A stretch of 64,000 nucleotides of DNA from Octopus bimaculoides (Eukaryota), in NCBI RefSeq assembly GCF_001194135.2, contig NC_068985.1, positions 64,008,147 to 64,072,146 of the forward strand, given 5' to 3'. The translations under genes and the position numbers were made by a program. Each line of letters begins with the position of its first letter. Position 1 is the stretch's first letter. Under the pieces are notes generated by a model. The model was given only the letters and a program-made list of their open reading frames with translations. It was not told where the DNA came from and searched no databases. Shown piece after piece: positions 23,558 to 38,462 of this stretch.

Positions 23558-26185
23558 AGCTCAACACCAGACCATCACCTCTCTGTTAAATATACTATTT
23601 CTAGGTTTCTTTCTCTATAACACTCCCTTGAACTAACATTTTAACCTTGTAATAACTATTATGTTCTCTTTACCTCATGTCATTAACACTTCTCTCTTGC
23701 TCTTCACCTTTCCCTTCAACTAATCACATGCCAACTTAACGCATTTCAGCCTTAGCATATTAATATATAGATGACAACAGAACAGGAATCGCATAATTAA
23801 CTTCATTAGCTTGCAGCTGTTTCTGATATAAAAAGCAGTGCACTCAGAGCTGAGTGTTTGTGCAACATCCATTAAAATGGCTTCAAGGGAACTATAAGAT
23901 ATTGCATACGTAGTCAGCTCTAAGTACAGCAGAAACAGCAGTAAGCCCTGTACTTGCCTAACACTTTACTCTAAAGCATATCTATATTGAGTTCTATGAA
24001 CTGGTTATTAGAATTGCTAAACTGAAGTAAAATCATAACACACACACAGGCAATGTGTGTGCATGTTATGATTTGGCAATGCAATATTATAATATTGCAT
24101 TTCTAAAGAGAACCTAGTCCCTGTTAGAGTGGAGACAGGAAGTAGAATGATAATTTGGGTTGCTAGTGAATGCTATCTTACAGGTTAGTCAGAGAAATAA
24201 GAATTATGGGGGGATAATGAAGGGTTTATGAGGAAATAAGCAGCACAAGTAATTTAAGACGGAAAAAATCAAGTTAAACAGAGAGAGACTTGGGGAGGTC
24301 CTATATTCATCCTCAACAACAGATAAAGAATAAGGCTTTCTACAACTCTGATAGAAAATTAAGCCTGACATTTATCATGACCCACCTACAATGAGATAAC
24401 ATTCTAAACAATAACCTTTAACCTCTTTCACAGCAAATAAACTAGTAAATTTGACCAAAATAAAATCAAATGAAAACAACAGCCTATCAACAACTCTCTC
24501 TCTTTCCACCACAAGATGTAAAAACTAATAGAGCTGATTCCAATGACAGTTCCAGTTCAAGATTCTTCTGCCCAATAATGTCTTCTTCATTATTAAATAG
24601 CTTACATCTCATACATTCCTTTTGCTTGAAGTAAAAGAATCTTATAGTGATGTGTTACAATCATTTCACCACAAGCTATGATATCTTATGAAAGTTTTAA
24701 AAAACTGCCAGGAATTCTGTAAAAATTAAGAAACATATCAGACATTGAAACAGTGTTACAACAGAGTAAGTACACAACTGCTGTTGATTAATTGCAGCTC
24801 AATCACAGCTGTGCTGTGATTAATCAACAACAGCAGACTAAAGAAAAGACAGTTCAGCTATGAATAATCAACAACAGACTACGATAAAATAAGAAACTAA
24901 TTCATAAATTAGTAAAAAAAAAAATGTATAAAAGACAACAGAATATAAACAGGTTACACTCTCAGGTGTGTAGTCTAAGAATATGGAGATTAATTCAATC
25001 AACTTTTACTTCCAGTTAAAATTACTACTGGCCTTGTATTGAATCAAAAATTGTAATTATAGTTACAATTGGTTCAGAATTTTAATATTTTATGCAAGAC
25101 ATACATAATTTCATTTTCAATATATGAATGGCATAAGTAGCAAAAATAAATCAGATACAGAGTAAGCTGTCATTTAACACTGAGAAAACACACACATACA
25201 CGTATTAATAGATTTGTGAGAAGAAATAAGAACAGATAGGACTTGTAGTAATCATGAGATTTATAAGTATGAATTACTGGTAGGTACTGAAAAAGTAGTT
25301 TATTACTCTCAAAGAATTTGGCAGGAGTAAAAATAGAAAGGATTCTAAGAAAATTAGAAAAATAGATTTTAGGTTACTTGTCCCTATTGACAGTGAATTA
25401 TAACAGTGCATTTGGCACAGAATTATTACTCCACAGTATAGGTTCTGTGCCAAATAAAAATAGTTTTATTTTCCAAGCTTTCAGTCAGCTGATCTAGTGT
25501 AGTTAGCTCCCCCTACTTGTTTTTAGCTTTTAACACACACCTAATGCTCCCTTACTCATATATACTACTGTTCAATAATCTATCTTGGTGACCCAATTCC
25601 GCCAATAACAATGCTTATAGTTTATGAGAAGTGGTAATCGTAAAAGTAGGGCCCTGTAAATATAGGAACATAATGCTATGGTAACATATCAGTTCCCTTT
25701 AAGTCTTACTGATAATTAGCCAAATTGAAAGGAATATTACTGAACCTTTCTCAAAGTGTTTTAGAAATGGAGAATTCATAGTGTGAGCGGGGTGAGGAGG
25801 AGAGAGAGACAGACACAGGGACAAAAAGCATGTGTTAGTGGCTTGATGGTTCATCATTTCTCTTAGCCAGAGATGTAATGACACCTCTATATAAGGTGAT
25901 ATTCTTGTTACCCACCATTATGTGAAATAACAGCCTTGGCACAACCATTTACAAAACATGCTTTCATTACTTACATTCTAAGATAGTTCCTTATAATTAT
26001 TTCTTCCATCATAATGCTCAGTAGTTGTAAAAGAGCACAAAGTCTATTTAGGCAAAAGATATCGAATTTCTATGTATTAACATGCTAACAAATTTCCTTT
26101 CAACTTAAGAATTTCTTTTGTTTTTATAATTACTAAATTTTCTGAACATTTTGAATTATGAGTAAATTTGTATGTATGCATGCTG

Positions 26186-27686
26186 CACTGCAAACTGAGA
26201 TAATAGTCCATGATGATTTTTTTTTAGATTTTCTAAATAACTACCCGAGGAATTTTGAAGATTTACAAGATAGTACAGTACACTATTTTTGGTTTGTATA
26301 CAAAATTTATATGTAGCTGTCTTAGTTTCCATATTCTGATCACTTATAAAGATAGAAATACCAACTATTTCAAGAAGAATTATTTTAAATAACTCATATG
26401 ACACAAATGAACCATTGAACAACGAAATACATAAATAAAATTCACAGAAGCTTTGATTATGATTAGTGTTTGGTGTATGAACCATTTTGTTTGTTGACCT
26501 CAAAAATGCAGTTGTTAGTGGATTCAGTCAGTGTTTTGATAGTAGAGGGTAGGACTGCCTAAGCAGAGTCTTGTATTGCTTTCCCAAGTGTTTCCTTAGA
26601 TGTGTACTACTTGCCATTCTGATAGATCTCACATTTGACGAAGCTCCAGAGGTTCTCTATGGGATTCAAATCTGGAGAACAGGCTGGCCACTTCATTAAA
26701 GTTTCTCCTTTGAATCTCAATGAGGAGAAGGTCTCTTCAGTTTTCTTAGCAGCATGTGGTGGGGCCTTATCATGCATAAAAATAACCTTGCTAAGCTCAG
26801 ATAATGGGAGCTCATACAAGCCAGTAAGTTAGGACAACCCTAATAAAGTTACAGTATGTGATAGAATTAATCTTCACATCTTCCGGCACTTTAAATGGAC
26901 CAATCATCCTGTCTCCCATGATTCCAGCCCAAAACATGACTCCTCCACCCTCTTGCTGACAGTGCAAACACATGGGAGTGGGGTTGTCATAAAACACCCA
27001 TCCCTTAGCCCAATCATCAGGACCATCTAGCATAGCTCAGCACTCGTCAGTGAACAAAATATGCTTGACATCGGTCTTCATATACATTCTACCCCATTCT
27101 AACTGAGCTTTTTTGTGTCTGGGAGTCAATAGAGGCTTGCATGTAGGTTTCTTTCTCAAAGCTACCAATTACTTTATTTCTGGTTGTTTTGGAGACATTT
27201 TCAATACCAGTATCTGCAAACAAAGCTTTACTAGTACATCCAAGATTTTTAAGTAAGCATCGCTTGAGATGGGAAATGTCTCATGCTGTGACTGTTCAGG
27301 ACTTACCTTTATCACTGCACTCATTCTGATACTTGGGATTTTGTAAATATTTGCGAACTGTTTTCACATGACAACCTAGTTTATTGACCACTTCATCTAC
27401 AGACTTGCCTTTACCTATTTCTTTTATAATCTGGTTCCTCTCATACCCTGTAAGATCTTTTTCATGCCCCATCTTTTGAAATCAATATTAGGACTTTTAA
27501 TTCTGTTCAGCCAAAAAAGAAAATTGTTGATCAATATAAAAACTAAAAAAGCTAAAGGTACTAAATTTTGTGTACAAACCATAAATAGTGTACTGTATTA
27601 TGATGTAAATTTTCTTCAAAATCCCTAGAGTAGTTATTTAGAAAATCTAAAAAAATCGTCATGAACTATTATCTCAGTTTCCAGTG
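26186..27686 (-). mobile_element. Tc1-like transposon with DD37E spacing (TRT-like)
   Basis: TIRs of more than 120 bp (cactg.aaactgagataatagt.catga.gattttt), right end followed by TA. Peptides LDGPDDWAKGW...QQEGGGVMFWAGI and HD-(37 aa)-E in WPACSPDLNPIENLW. Confidence 0.88.
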
Positions 27687-27944
27687 TATCTATGTATATA
27701 TCTGCACAGAGAGACAGAGTGACAAAGATCTATTTAAAGATCAAGGCATATCAGAATGAACCACCCCACACTTGGTGCGTAAACAGACACAAATCCACAG
27801 ATAAACAATTCATTCCATTAGTGAAGGGCTCAGTGAAGGGAAGTTCACTGGTGTTTGGTAATATGCAAATCCAAGTGCATCAAAAACAGAGTGAAATTTT
27901 CAGTGTGGTATAATATATTATTTCTTCTCTAGGTGCAAGGCCTT

Positions 27945-28135
27945 GAAAAGTTTTTGGGGAAGAGGGTTAGTCGATTACATCAACCCCAGTGCGTAACTGG
28001 TACCTATTTCATCGACCCAGAAAGGATGAAAGGCAAAGTCAACCTTGGCAGAATTTAAACTCAGAATGTAGCGGCAGACGAAATACTGCTAAGCATTTTG
28101 CCCAGGGTGCTAACGATTCTACCAGCTCACTGCCC
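27945..28135 (-). mobile_element. tRNA-derived SINE (family 1)
   Basis: gtcgattacatcaaccccagtgcgtaactgg...ctaccagctcactgcc. Confidence 0.8.
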
Positions 28136-29149
28136 TAATGACATAATATAAGAAGAAAAAAAAAAGATAAACAGATTGTATGATCTCACTACAATGTTTC
28201 ATTAGGAGATTTTAATATAACACAACATTGTACATTTACTTATGTAAGACATGCAACATCCATAAGATTATGCATGCAAATACATCATTATGTTATAATC
28301 CAAATCCTCAGGCAACTATATGCAGGTCAATATATGATGTGTTGCTAAACAGGCAGGTTCAGCAGTGTATAAATACCCAAAGCAAGAATATGAACAGTTC
28401 AATATACAAGCGGGGAGAAGAGTATAGGATTGAAGATTCCTTTTGACCTCCATTTTCAGAGACTGAATAAATGATATGGTACTACCACTACGGTTATGGC
28501 AAAATATTCTTCAATTGCATTATCAAATACCATAAGTAAAAATAACAAACTTTTTATTCTAATTTCATAGTTTTATGTTGTACAGAAATGTACAAAGTAA
28601 TAAAAAATAATTTTACAATAAAAACAGGCTCCCAAGTTACCTTCAATGTTATGGACTTTCAGACACATCTCCCACATGCCCAATACACATCATATTTATT
28701 CAGATAAATCAAGGGTTCACTGTACTTTCTAAAAACTATGAAAAGTTATGTGACCAGCTGTTTCCACTGATAACCAAAAGATGTCCATTTTGTTCAACGT
28801 ATAAATTAAATGATGCCAGCATTAGTAAGTTTGTGTTTTGGTACAGTAGCAATATAATCTCAAAAACTAGAAATGGTGTATGAATAGGTGGAGGGAATGG
28901 CTACAACAAAACTGTGAATGTTGGTAGATGTTAGAAGCATTAGAAGACTGATTAAAATGGTCTGTAAATGGAATGGTAATAGATTAGATGAGCCACAAAG
29001 TAGCAATACATGTTAATTGACACTAGAGAGGATCTGAAATAAATAGGGATCATAGCAGGGGGTCTACAACAAAGCATAAGACTGGAGTATGTGATACTAT
29101 CAATCTGCATTACTATTACCATCATGGCAAAATAGTTAATGATTAAATC

Positions 29150-29500
29150 TTTTATCTTTTACTTGTTCCAGTAACTGGACAGTGGCTGTGCTGCAGCATC
29201 GCCTTGAAACGGTTTTAGTTAAATGAACCAACTCCAGTACTTATTTTAACAGTCTCTTAAGCTGAACTGCCAAGTTATGGGAGTGTAAACAAACCAATGT
29301 TGGTTGTCAAGTGTGTGTGGGAGGGGGGAACACAAAGAACAGATATATATCCATATATACATTTATGACAGGCTTCTTTCAGCTTCCATCTAACAAATCT
29401 ACTCACAAAACAGTGTGAAGTTATAAAAGAAAACAAGGGGCCACACTGAAGAACTGAACCTAGAACCATGTGGTTCTTACTATACAGCCACACTTGCACC
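29150..29500 (-). mobile_element. SINE family 2, diverged
   Basis: gctgcagcatcgccttgaa...ttctttcagcttccatctaacaaatctactcaca...gaacctagaaccatgtgg. Confidence 0.6.
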
Positions 29501-29599
29501 TAATGTTAATTAACTTTCAGAATGATTAATTAGAATTAAGCTAATCTTGTCACCCATATAGTTAATCAGGTTACTTAGTAAGGTGTCATCCACAATGAC

Positions 29600-30250
29600 T
29601 GCATTATAGTCAGTTGTTATAAGGTTAAAGGAGAGACCTTAGATAGAAGTAATTACAGAAATCTCAAATTGCTGAACCAGATCATGAAAGTTATGGAGAG
29701 AGCTGTAGCACAATTAAATAGAAAATTAATTAATGCAGATGAGATACAGTTTGGTTTTGTACTAGGGAGAAGTACCACTGATGCTATCTTCTTAGACAAC
29801 TGCAGGAAAAGTATTTAGCTAAGAGTAAAGCATTATACTTGGCATTTGTTGACCTGTAGAAAGCCTTCAATAAAGTCCCTCACTTTGTGATATGGTGGTC
29901 TCTGAAGAAGCTAGGAACAGATGAATGAATGGCTTGTGAAAGTTGTACAAGCCATGCACAGGGTTTTTTCCAGTAAAGTGAGAGTTAGTCATGAGTACAC
30001 TGACAAATTTAATATGTAGGTATGACTTCACCAGAAGTCAGTTCTCAATCTCCTTCTATTAATTATTGTCCTCCAGACCATACCAGAGGAATTTAAGACC
30101 AGCTACATGCTGATATCATGCTCTCATGTAAGAATCTGTAACAGAATTAGAAAAGAAATTCAAGATGTGGAAGCAAAACCTGCACTTAAAGGGTTTTAAA
30201 GTTTAGCAAAAAACCAAGGTTCTAGAGGGCAAGGAAACAGATGGAACCAT
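29600..30250 (+). mobile_element. Decayed RTE RT fragment
   Basis: Homologous to 53850-54230 (gatgagatacagtttggttttgtac...gcattatacttggcatttgttgacc..gaaagccttc). Confidence 0.75.
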
Positions 30251-31030
30251 AATTCTGGTTTTAGACCCCTGTTGTTTGTTGCATATATTAATGACATAGA
30301 TGCCAACTTGAAGAATGTTGCAGTGTTGAAAAATGAAGATGACATAAAGTTGTACCTTCAGATAAAAAAAGAACAGATCCTATATGCTATAGATCCTTCT
30401 TGCAATCAGACCTGGATACAATACAGCATTAGATTACCAACTGACAACTCAAGCTGGCTATGGTCAAGTGTGTTACTATGCATTTTCAGAGGAAAAAAGC
30501 AGCTTTTACATACTCTCTCAACAACATCAATCTTAAGAAGTCTGTTAGTAAACATGACTGGGGTATTAGTGTCAACAGTAATCTGCATTGGACAAACATC
30601 TCCAAGATTGTCAAAAAAGCTATTTAAACATGTATATGGTATGTCCACTTATAGTTTGCATCACCAGTTTGGAACCCCTATCTTGCTCGGCATATCAATC
30701 TCCTGGAAACTGTTTGGAAATATGCAACCAAACGAATACCTGCCATCAAGCATCTACCATACTCTGAACAGCTTGCTTCTCTGGGCATGGACACATTAGA
30801 GCTCTGACATCTGGCAACTGACTTGGTAGACACCCACAAGATTATCCACCATCTTTCCAACAACCACCTTAGGCACTTTTTTGAATTCCATATGTCTAAC
30901 ACTTGCAAAATCAAAAAGCAACACAGCACCCATGACTTTTGGAATCATTTTTTTTAATGCTCAGTTGTTAGCTGTCAAGACACTATATCCTTCAAAACTT
31001 CCATGCTCCCTGAAATTCACCAATAGTACA
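30250..31030 (+). mobile_element. CR1/L2-type LINE RT 3' fragment
   Basis: LFVAYINDI...EDDIKLY, DLGVLVS-like, SPYLARHINLLETVWKYATKRIP, then DLVDTHKII. Confidence 0.65.
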
Positions 31031-31129
31031 CCTGATGCACCCAATTCAGTTCCTTTCCTTTTTTTTTTTTTTTTGAAGACTTATTCACTGTTTNNNNNNN
31101 NNNNNNNNNNNNNNNNNNNNNNNNNNNNN

Positions 31130-31262
31130 CTTCCTGTGCTGGTTGCACATTCTGCATTTGGTGTTAGGGCCTGCTTTCATTATTTTGCTTTTATAGTTGT
31201 TTGTGGCCAGATATTGGTCTTGTGCAATGAGAATCAGTCCTTCTGCTTCAGCTGCCCGCTTC
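31130..31262 (-). mobile_element. R4/Dong-like LINE C-terminal fragment
   Basis: AEAEGLILIAQDQYLATNNYKSKIMKAGPNTKCRMC resembles the pre-CCHC region of REL-endonuclease LINEs. It abuts an RTE fragment on the plus strand (31270-31375). Confidence 0.5.
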
Positions 31263-31394
31263 AGATAAAAACCCTGCTCAATATATAGTAAAGGTGTAAG
31301 CAGAAATTCCATATAGTGTACCCAATATAAGCAATGGACACACAAGAGATGCAGTAGAATCACAGGAATATCCTTTTCTACACTAGGCACAAAG

Positions 31395-31585
31395 CCCCAA
31401 AATTTGGGGGGGGGGGCAGTTGATTAGATTGACCCAGTATACAACTGGCACTTAATTTATTGACCCCAAAAGGATGAAAGGCAAAGTCGACCTTGACAGA
31501 ATTTGAACTCAGAACGTAAAGACAGATGAAATACCGCTAAGTATTTCGCCCAACGTGCTAATGTTTCTACCAGCTCACCACCTTT
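31395..31585 (-). mobile_element. tRNA-derived SINE (family 1)
   Basis: attgaccccaaaaggatgaaaggcaaagtcgacc...tttgaactcagaacg...ctaccagctcaccacc. Confidence 0.8.
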
Positions 31586-34500
31586 CACAGGAATATCAAA
31601 AGAGAAAATAGTTTTTGTATGTGGGAGATGCACAGGTGTCATAAAGCCTGATGTCACATGGGAAATTGATCTTCTCAAGTGCCCAGAAGGAACCCAAGAG
31701 GTAATAGATATAGTCTCTGTTACATAAGCAACCTAATTAGGAGTGGAGGAGGTGTTCTGAAAGTGTAGCCACCAGAATAAGAATAGGATTAAGAAAGTTC
31801 AGAAAGCTATTACATCTACTGGCAACAAGATGTCTCTCTCCCGCTGAGTGAAAGGCAGAGCGTATGATGCTTGTGTACATACAGCAATGCTACTTGGTAG
31901 TGAGATGTGGGCCCTGCTCACTCACCTAAGAGCAGTATTGGCACATATTATCATCCCATCCCCTCCCTATCAGTCTTGGCCCCACTCCTAAACTATTTCC
32001 ACTCCTCATCATCCTGCCCACCCTATTTCAACCAATCACCACCTTTCTATGCTTTGGTCACTGCTCTCCTCCTCTCTGCTCTACTACATTCCATTTTAAA
32101 CACCCTCTCCTATTTGCTATCATTCTCAATACTCTACCATCATGACCCACCTGCTATAGCCCCTTATGTTTCTCTATATCTCCTTTTCAATTGTTCCTAC
32201 ACCTTGCACATATTTTTGTTCCATTCACCTTCCTGAGCCACATCTCTTTCTCCCACCATAACCTACATACAGGTATTTCCCATCATCTGCTCCCCAAATC
32301 TTGTTCATCACTCACCACCACCACTAGTTTACTCCTCTTTCACATTCCTATGCAAGCGTCCATTCTCTCATCTCCTCCCAAGACCCACTGTCCATGCCTT
32401 CTCTTATGCTCACCTTCTTGCTCCTCAAGCATTTGCTCTAGCACCCCATCACTACCTTGTCTTCTTCAGCCATGTATTGCCTCTATAGCAAACCAACTGG
32501 GCTTGCCCCCTCTATCATACTTTAGTCTTTCAATACCTGGTATACTGCCCCTGCCTCCACTTTCTCCTTACAAAAACTTTTTCTCAGTAGTGGGAGCTTT
32601 CTCTCTTTCCTTTTTCCTTTCTGTCCTGCAACTTACTTGACAACCTCACTAATGCTGATGGAATGAAAAAAGCTTCCAGTACACTCTGCAAAGTGGATGG
32701 TATTAGGAAAGGCATCCAGCCATAGAAATCATACCAAAGATGACATTAGAGCTTGATACAGCTCTGCAGCTCACCAGTTCCCAGTTAAACTGTCCAACCC
32801 ACACCAACATAGAAAGCAGATGTTAACTGTTTCACATTCAGATTATTCTGTCATATGTAATGCATATTTATTCACATTGTTTTGAATTAATCCTGTATTA
32901 TCTAATAGCTTTGAGATATTGATGATGTAATTTTTGTTTTTAGAGTGAATATTGCATGGTAGGTATCAGAGGTAGGATTTGGTCACATTGAGCATGGAAC
33001 AGAATATCTGGACTTGATATGACCAGTTTAAATGCTAAAGGATTAAATGAGATGATGATGACAATGACGACAAATTCAATACAAATAAACAATTGAAATC
33101 AAAAAGAAATATTGCTAAATTATGGAAACAGTTTGTTGTTTTGTTAATTCCAATAAGTTGGAATTGTGTTTCACATAGTAATATTGCCAACTCATCTTTT
33201 CTTCACCACCTCCATCCATATACTTGTCCCCAAGGTTCTCCATAACACAACTAACTCTAATGTAGATCACAATGCAGCCTGTCTGGTCTTGCTGTTGCCA
33301 AGTATGATGTCAATCAATCCAACTGAGACAACATCAAGAGCTGCTGCCTGCAACACAGAGGAGCAGAAGATGAGAAATTAGCTGTCATTAACAGGTTCCT
33401 CCATTTTTTTCTTTTGTGTTAAGACAATCTGATGTCTTCAGTAAAACTGCACTACTGCTCCCTTCCATCAAATTATAATAAAGTTGTCACACCTGAAAAA
33501 GGAACTATTCATCATGTGGAGAAGTTAAAAGATGATATTGCTGACTGTTCTTGACAGCAACATTCATTGGTCATCTTGTACATGATGGCAGAGTTTGAAG
33601 ATATCAGAGAAAGTATTGACTTTTGTTGCTTTTGTTAGATTCGTATGAATTTTTATGAGAAATTAGATCATAATACTTATAGCAAATAAAATTACTTTCC
33701 TAATACAATAAATGGAATCATGTGTAACTGCACCCTTTATTTCAATTTCTTTAAATGTAACTTATTGCCTCTAAACCTATAACTGCTGTACACAGTGTTA
33801 TTTCAACAATTTAACCCTTAAGCATTTAAACCAGCCATATCCAGCCCAAACATTCTACCTATGTTCAAACAAGTCAGATCTGGCTTCCCACACCTACCCT
33901 ACCATGTCATTGTAAAAATAAACAATCACATGATGAAAATCTTGAAATAACAAGATAATGTATGTATGATTAATTTAAAACAATGGGAATAAACAAGTAT
34001 TACATTTAATAGAATAATCTTAATGCTAAAGAGTTAAAGTAGAGTTGGACAAACTTACACTTGTAATTTTAAAAAGTAAAGAGAAACTGTTTTTATTCCA
34101 TACAGCTAAATGGTCAGAGAGGTTTAACTCTTTAACATTTAAACTGACCACATCTGGTTCAAATATTCTATCAATTTTGAGTTCAAGCCAACTAGATCTA
34201 GCTTCTCACAGCTATTCTAAAAATACACAATCACATCATTGAAATCAGAAAGCTACAAGATAATAAATGATTAATTCAAAACAATGTGAATAAATAAACA
34301 ATAAATTTGAAAGAGTAATCTGAATGCTAAAGGGTTAATAAATATTACTGGCAGAAATGTTCCACATGCCAATCCAGAGAATAAATCTTCAACAATACAA
34401 GACATCAACTAATTATATTATCTGTTTGTCTTTCCAATTAAGGCAGCTTAAAAGGAAGTTTTAAAAATTCAGACATTTTTCTTCACTGCTGAAGGAAATA

Positions 34501-35320
34501 TTTTTACAATTGGAAGAAGAGACTATATTTCAAATAAATAAATCAATTGGAACTAACTAGTCTATTTTAAAGACATTAGAAACAACTGTACCTATCACTC
34601 TTACACACACACACACACACACAAATATATTTCTATTTTCAGTTTGTTTTACCCCAACAATTATTTGGGAAGCCATTTATAAGTGGGCTATTATAGCAGC
34701 TGGCTGTTATAGAATTATAAGCAATAAGGTATCACAATAGAAAGGTAAATATCTAACATGATGACCCTTGATCAGTCTTCATCTAGCTAAGTAATAGTCA
34801 AAGCCACTTCAGTTGTAACCATCATGTCTTTTGTATCCTTCCTTTTTTGACAGTGGAGTGTGATTTGAAGTATATTTAGCTACTGTTCCTGATGTGTTGA
34901 TTGACAATATAGGATTCATTAGTTCAGCAACATTAATGTTGCTATGTCAACTCCTGTTTCAGGATCATTGCTCTGTCTATTTAGAAGGCCAGAGAAATGG
35001 TCACCCCACCAGAAATACAACAACTCTGCATGATAGTTCACACTAAAAGAAACAGCAGCCAAATATCCTTCAAATCGTAGCCTACTATTTTAACTAAAAA
35101 CACATCGGATAATGCAATGATAGATAACCTGAATAAAATTTTTAAAAAAACAGGATGGTCATGGCTAGAATCCCTTTGATCACAAGAGGATCAACTTGAG
35201 TTCAACAACAATGATGATATCAACAAAGTAACAAATAAAGATATCATTCCTGTTAGAGCAGTCATACATAATCTATTCTGATATGTCCTTGTAAAAATAT
35301 CTTCATGATAAAGTCTAAAG

Positions 35321-38300
35321 CCGTCATGGGAACCTGCGGCCCGCAAAGCTTTCTGAATGGCTGGCCTAAGTCAGTAAAGAAAAATATTCGCCATCATCAG
35401 ACAACCGTATAATTTTCAACATCCCTCAGAGTTGATCTACAACAATCCAAATATTCAAGAGAAGAATTAGCATCTCTACTCGGGACACTAATTCAACAAA
35501 AGAAAAGTATTGAGTTAATGTTCAATTTCTGATTCCACTGCTTGTTATAATTCAGTGCCTGTAAATACACGTGGTATTCATGTAACATTGTCAAGCAGGA
35601 TTAACGGAATTTTCAAAGTAAAAGTGTGCAAAGTGCTGTATTTTTAAACTTTAATTTTTGATGTCAAAGCTAATGGCTTCATCCAAAAAAAGAAAGATTT
35701 CTTAAGAAATAAGAAAATTCCAGGAAAAGTGGACAAATGATTATTTATTTGTTGAAGCAAAAAATAAATAAATGTGTTTAATATGTTTTGAATCTGTCTC
35801 CGCTTTTAAAGAACTTAATAGTAGGCAACATTACATTTCAAAATATTCAGGATATCATAAAAAATTGAATCCTTTAAGAAACAGATCGGCAGTCTAAATA
35901 TACTCTTTTCCAAAAAGCAAACCAGACTAAAAGAAATAGTACATGTTAGCTATGTTGTTAGTGAAAAAGTGGCAAAACATTCAAAAAATTATTCCAACGG
36001 TGAATTTGTAAAAAGACTGTCTTTTGTCAGTGGCTGCAATTTTGTGTCTGGAAAAAGGTAGGTATGTTTCACAAGATTAGTTTGTCTTGCAGGACAATAA
36101 GAAGACAAGTTAAGGAAATTGAAGCAGATATCGAGGGTACACTGACAGAAAAAATAAGAGACTTCGATTGTTTTTTTCACTGGCTATCAATGAAAGCTCA
36201 GTCATATCCAATTCAACTCAACTAGCAATTTTCATGCATGGTAATGATAAGTCATTTAATATCACAGAAGAATTGTTTAGTGTTCAGACAATGAAAGACA
36301 CAGTTACAGGATATAAAATTTATGAAGTAAAGAAAGCAGCCTTGAAGTTAAATCTCCCGCTTGAATGACTCGTCAGTGTAGCAACAGACGGGGCCCCAGC
36401 AATGGTTGGGTCTAAGATAGGCTTTCTTGCCAAATTAAAAGAAGAATTAACTTTTTTGAATTTAACAAACAGTAACTTTGCAACGATTCATTGCATAATT
36501 TACCAAGAAAATCTATACTCTTTTACTCGTCTCAGTCATTTGACTGTGGCCATGTTGGAGCACTGCCTTTAGTTGAGCAAATCGACCCCAGGACTTATTC
36601 TTTGTAAGCCTAGTACCTAGTCTATAGGTCTCTTTTACCGAACCGCTACATTACGGAGATGTAAACACACCAGCATCGGTTATCAAGCAATGTTGGGGGA
36701 CAAACACAAACAGACACATACATATATATATATACATATATACGACAAGCTTCTTTCAGTTTCCGTTTACCAAATCCACTCACAAGACTTTGGCTGGCCT
36801 GAGGCTATAGTAGAAGACACTTGTCCAAGGTGCCACGCAGTGTACGCCTATGTGCAAAGTCTCTAAAATTTGAGAATGTTATGCATGCAGTTGTTTCAAA
36901 CATCTATTTTATAAAATCCTTGGCACTTAAACATTGCCAGTTCAAAGAGTTCTTAGAAGAATGTGAATCAGAATATGGTGACCTTGTTTACTTCAGTGTA
37001 GTTTGTTGGTTAAGTAAAGGGAAGATGCTTCAATGATTTTATAGCCTGAGAGAAAGGTAGATTTGTTCCAGAACTGAAAAGTGATAACTGGATTTGTGAC
37101 CTTGTATTTCTCATGGATATAACTACACATTTAAATGATTTAAATTTAAAATTGCAAAAGCAAAATCAGTTAATTCACGAGATGTATTCTCATGTCAAAG
37201 CTTTTCAAACAAAACTTCAAATTTGGGAGAATCAACTCAGGACTGGTGATGCTTTCCATTTCCCTACACTAGCTATTCATGGATCGACATCTAGATATGA
37301 CTTTGCTGTGGAGCTAAATGAGCTGAAAAAAGAACTGAACACCAGATTTAACGACTTCAAAGCTAGGAAAGCTGATTTTAATCTTTTCAGAAAGCCTTTT
37401 AACGCTGATGTTGAAAAAGTTCTAAAGAAATTGCAAATGGATCTAATTGAATTTCAGAGTGATGAATTTCTTCAGCAAAAATTTAAAGAGGAATCTTTGA
37501 TGCATTTTTATGAAACTGCCTGAAATTAGTGTGCTTTGCTAGAAGATATGCCACCATGTTTGGTAATTCATATAAATGTAAACAACACTTTACTAGACTG
37601 GAAATAATGAAGTCAAAATCCAGGTCAACATTGACTGATATTCATCTGGAAGACAATTTATGGGTTGTAACATCACAAATTCCTGTAAATATTGAGAAAC
37701 TCATAGAAAATGTACAATACCAGGTTTCTCATTAAAATTCGAGAGTAAATTATTCCTATTTACATCAATAATAAATGGATCTTACTTGTCTGTGTTTTGT
37801 TAAGCAGTGTTTTAGTTGAACTATTTTCCTCATCTATGCTGCTCTTTTTTTTGTTTTTGATTTTGGGTTGTTATACTTCAAGTCAAATGAATTTGTTTTT
37901 CAATTTCATTTTTGTTTTTTTAGTTTCTTTTCTTTAATCATAGATAGATAATGTGTAATGTTAAATGTATATAAAATTTTCATTGTATTAAATTGTTTAT
38001 TTACATTTCTTAAGCATTTTCCTCAAGAACCATAGCTTGAAACGGTTCAACTAAACCACATACATAACAATGATTAGGTACGATATTTCTTGAATTTTGC
38101 AACCTTTCATTGAAAGTAAGGTTTTCAGTATTTAAAGTTTCAAAAACAAACATTCATAATAATTCTTTTCTCCACGGAAAGAGTTTTGGTGCTAATTTAC
38201 ATATCAGAATAATAAAACCTACAATTAAATGAAAGTGATATCTTTGATATTTTTACCCCAGCTTTTCAGTTGTAATTTATCTTTCTATCATTTTTATGAC

Positions 38301-38462
38301 CGAGGAAAACATGTACAAATTCTGAAGAAACAAATCAAAACAACTTGAGTTACCGCCCTTTTTTTAAAATGTAGGCATGAATGTAAATTAGCACTTGCAG
38401 CCTGCCTGATTATGAATCATATCTCATGTGGCTTGCTTCTCGAAAAAGGTTGCCCATGCTTG
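35321..38462 (+). mobile_element. hAT transposon (GTF2IRD2/SPIN-like transposase), decayed
   Basis: Exact 8-bp TSD GTCTAAAG at 35313-35320 and 38463-38470; imperfect TIRs c..catggg(c)aacct. Remnants RKFQEKW, FSLAINES, ATDGAPAMVG, IHCII, CWLSKGKML, HLNDLNLKLQ and KSKSRSTLTD. Confidence 0.93.
36525..36842 (-). mobile_element. SINE family 2 inserted in the hAT ORF
   Basis: Splits the transposase between IHCIIYQENL and LKFENVM. Confidence 0.85.

Noticed and set aside
31920-31940. CTGCTCTTAG|GTGAGT as a ratchet point
   Set aside because: Weak pyrimidine tract at a junction of repeat fragments; compatible with chance.
33347-33500. Good minus-strand acceptors (TTTTTCAG at 33493; CTCTGTGTTGCAG at about 33347) as SBF exon 2
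   Set aside because: Downstream frames hit stops quickly and do not encode the expected QRFP/KDW DENN peptide.
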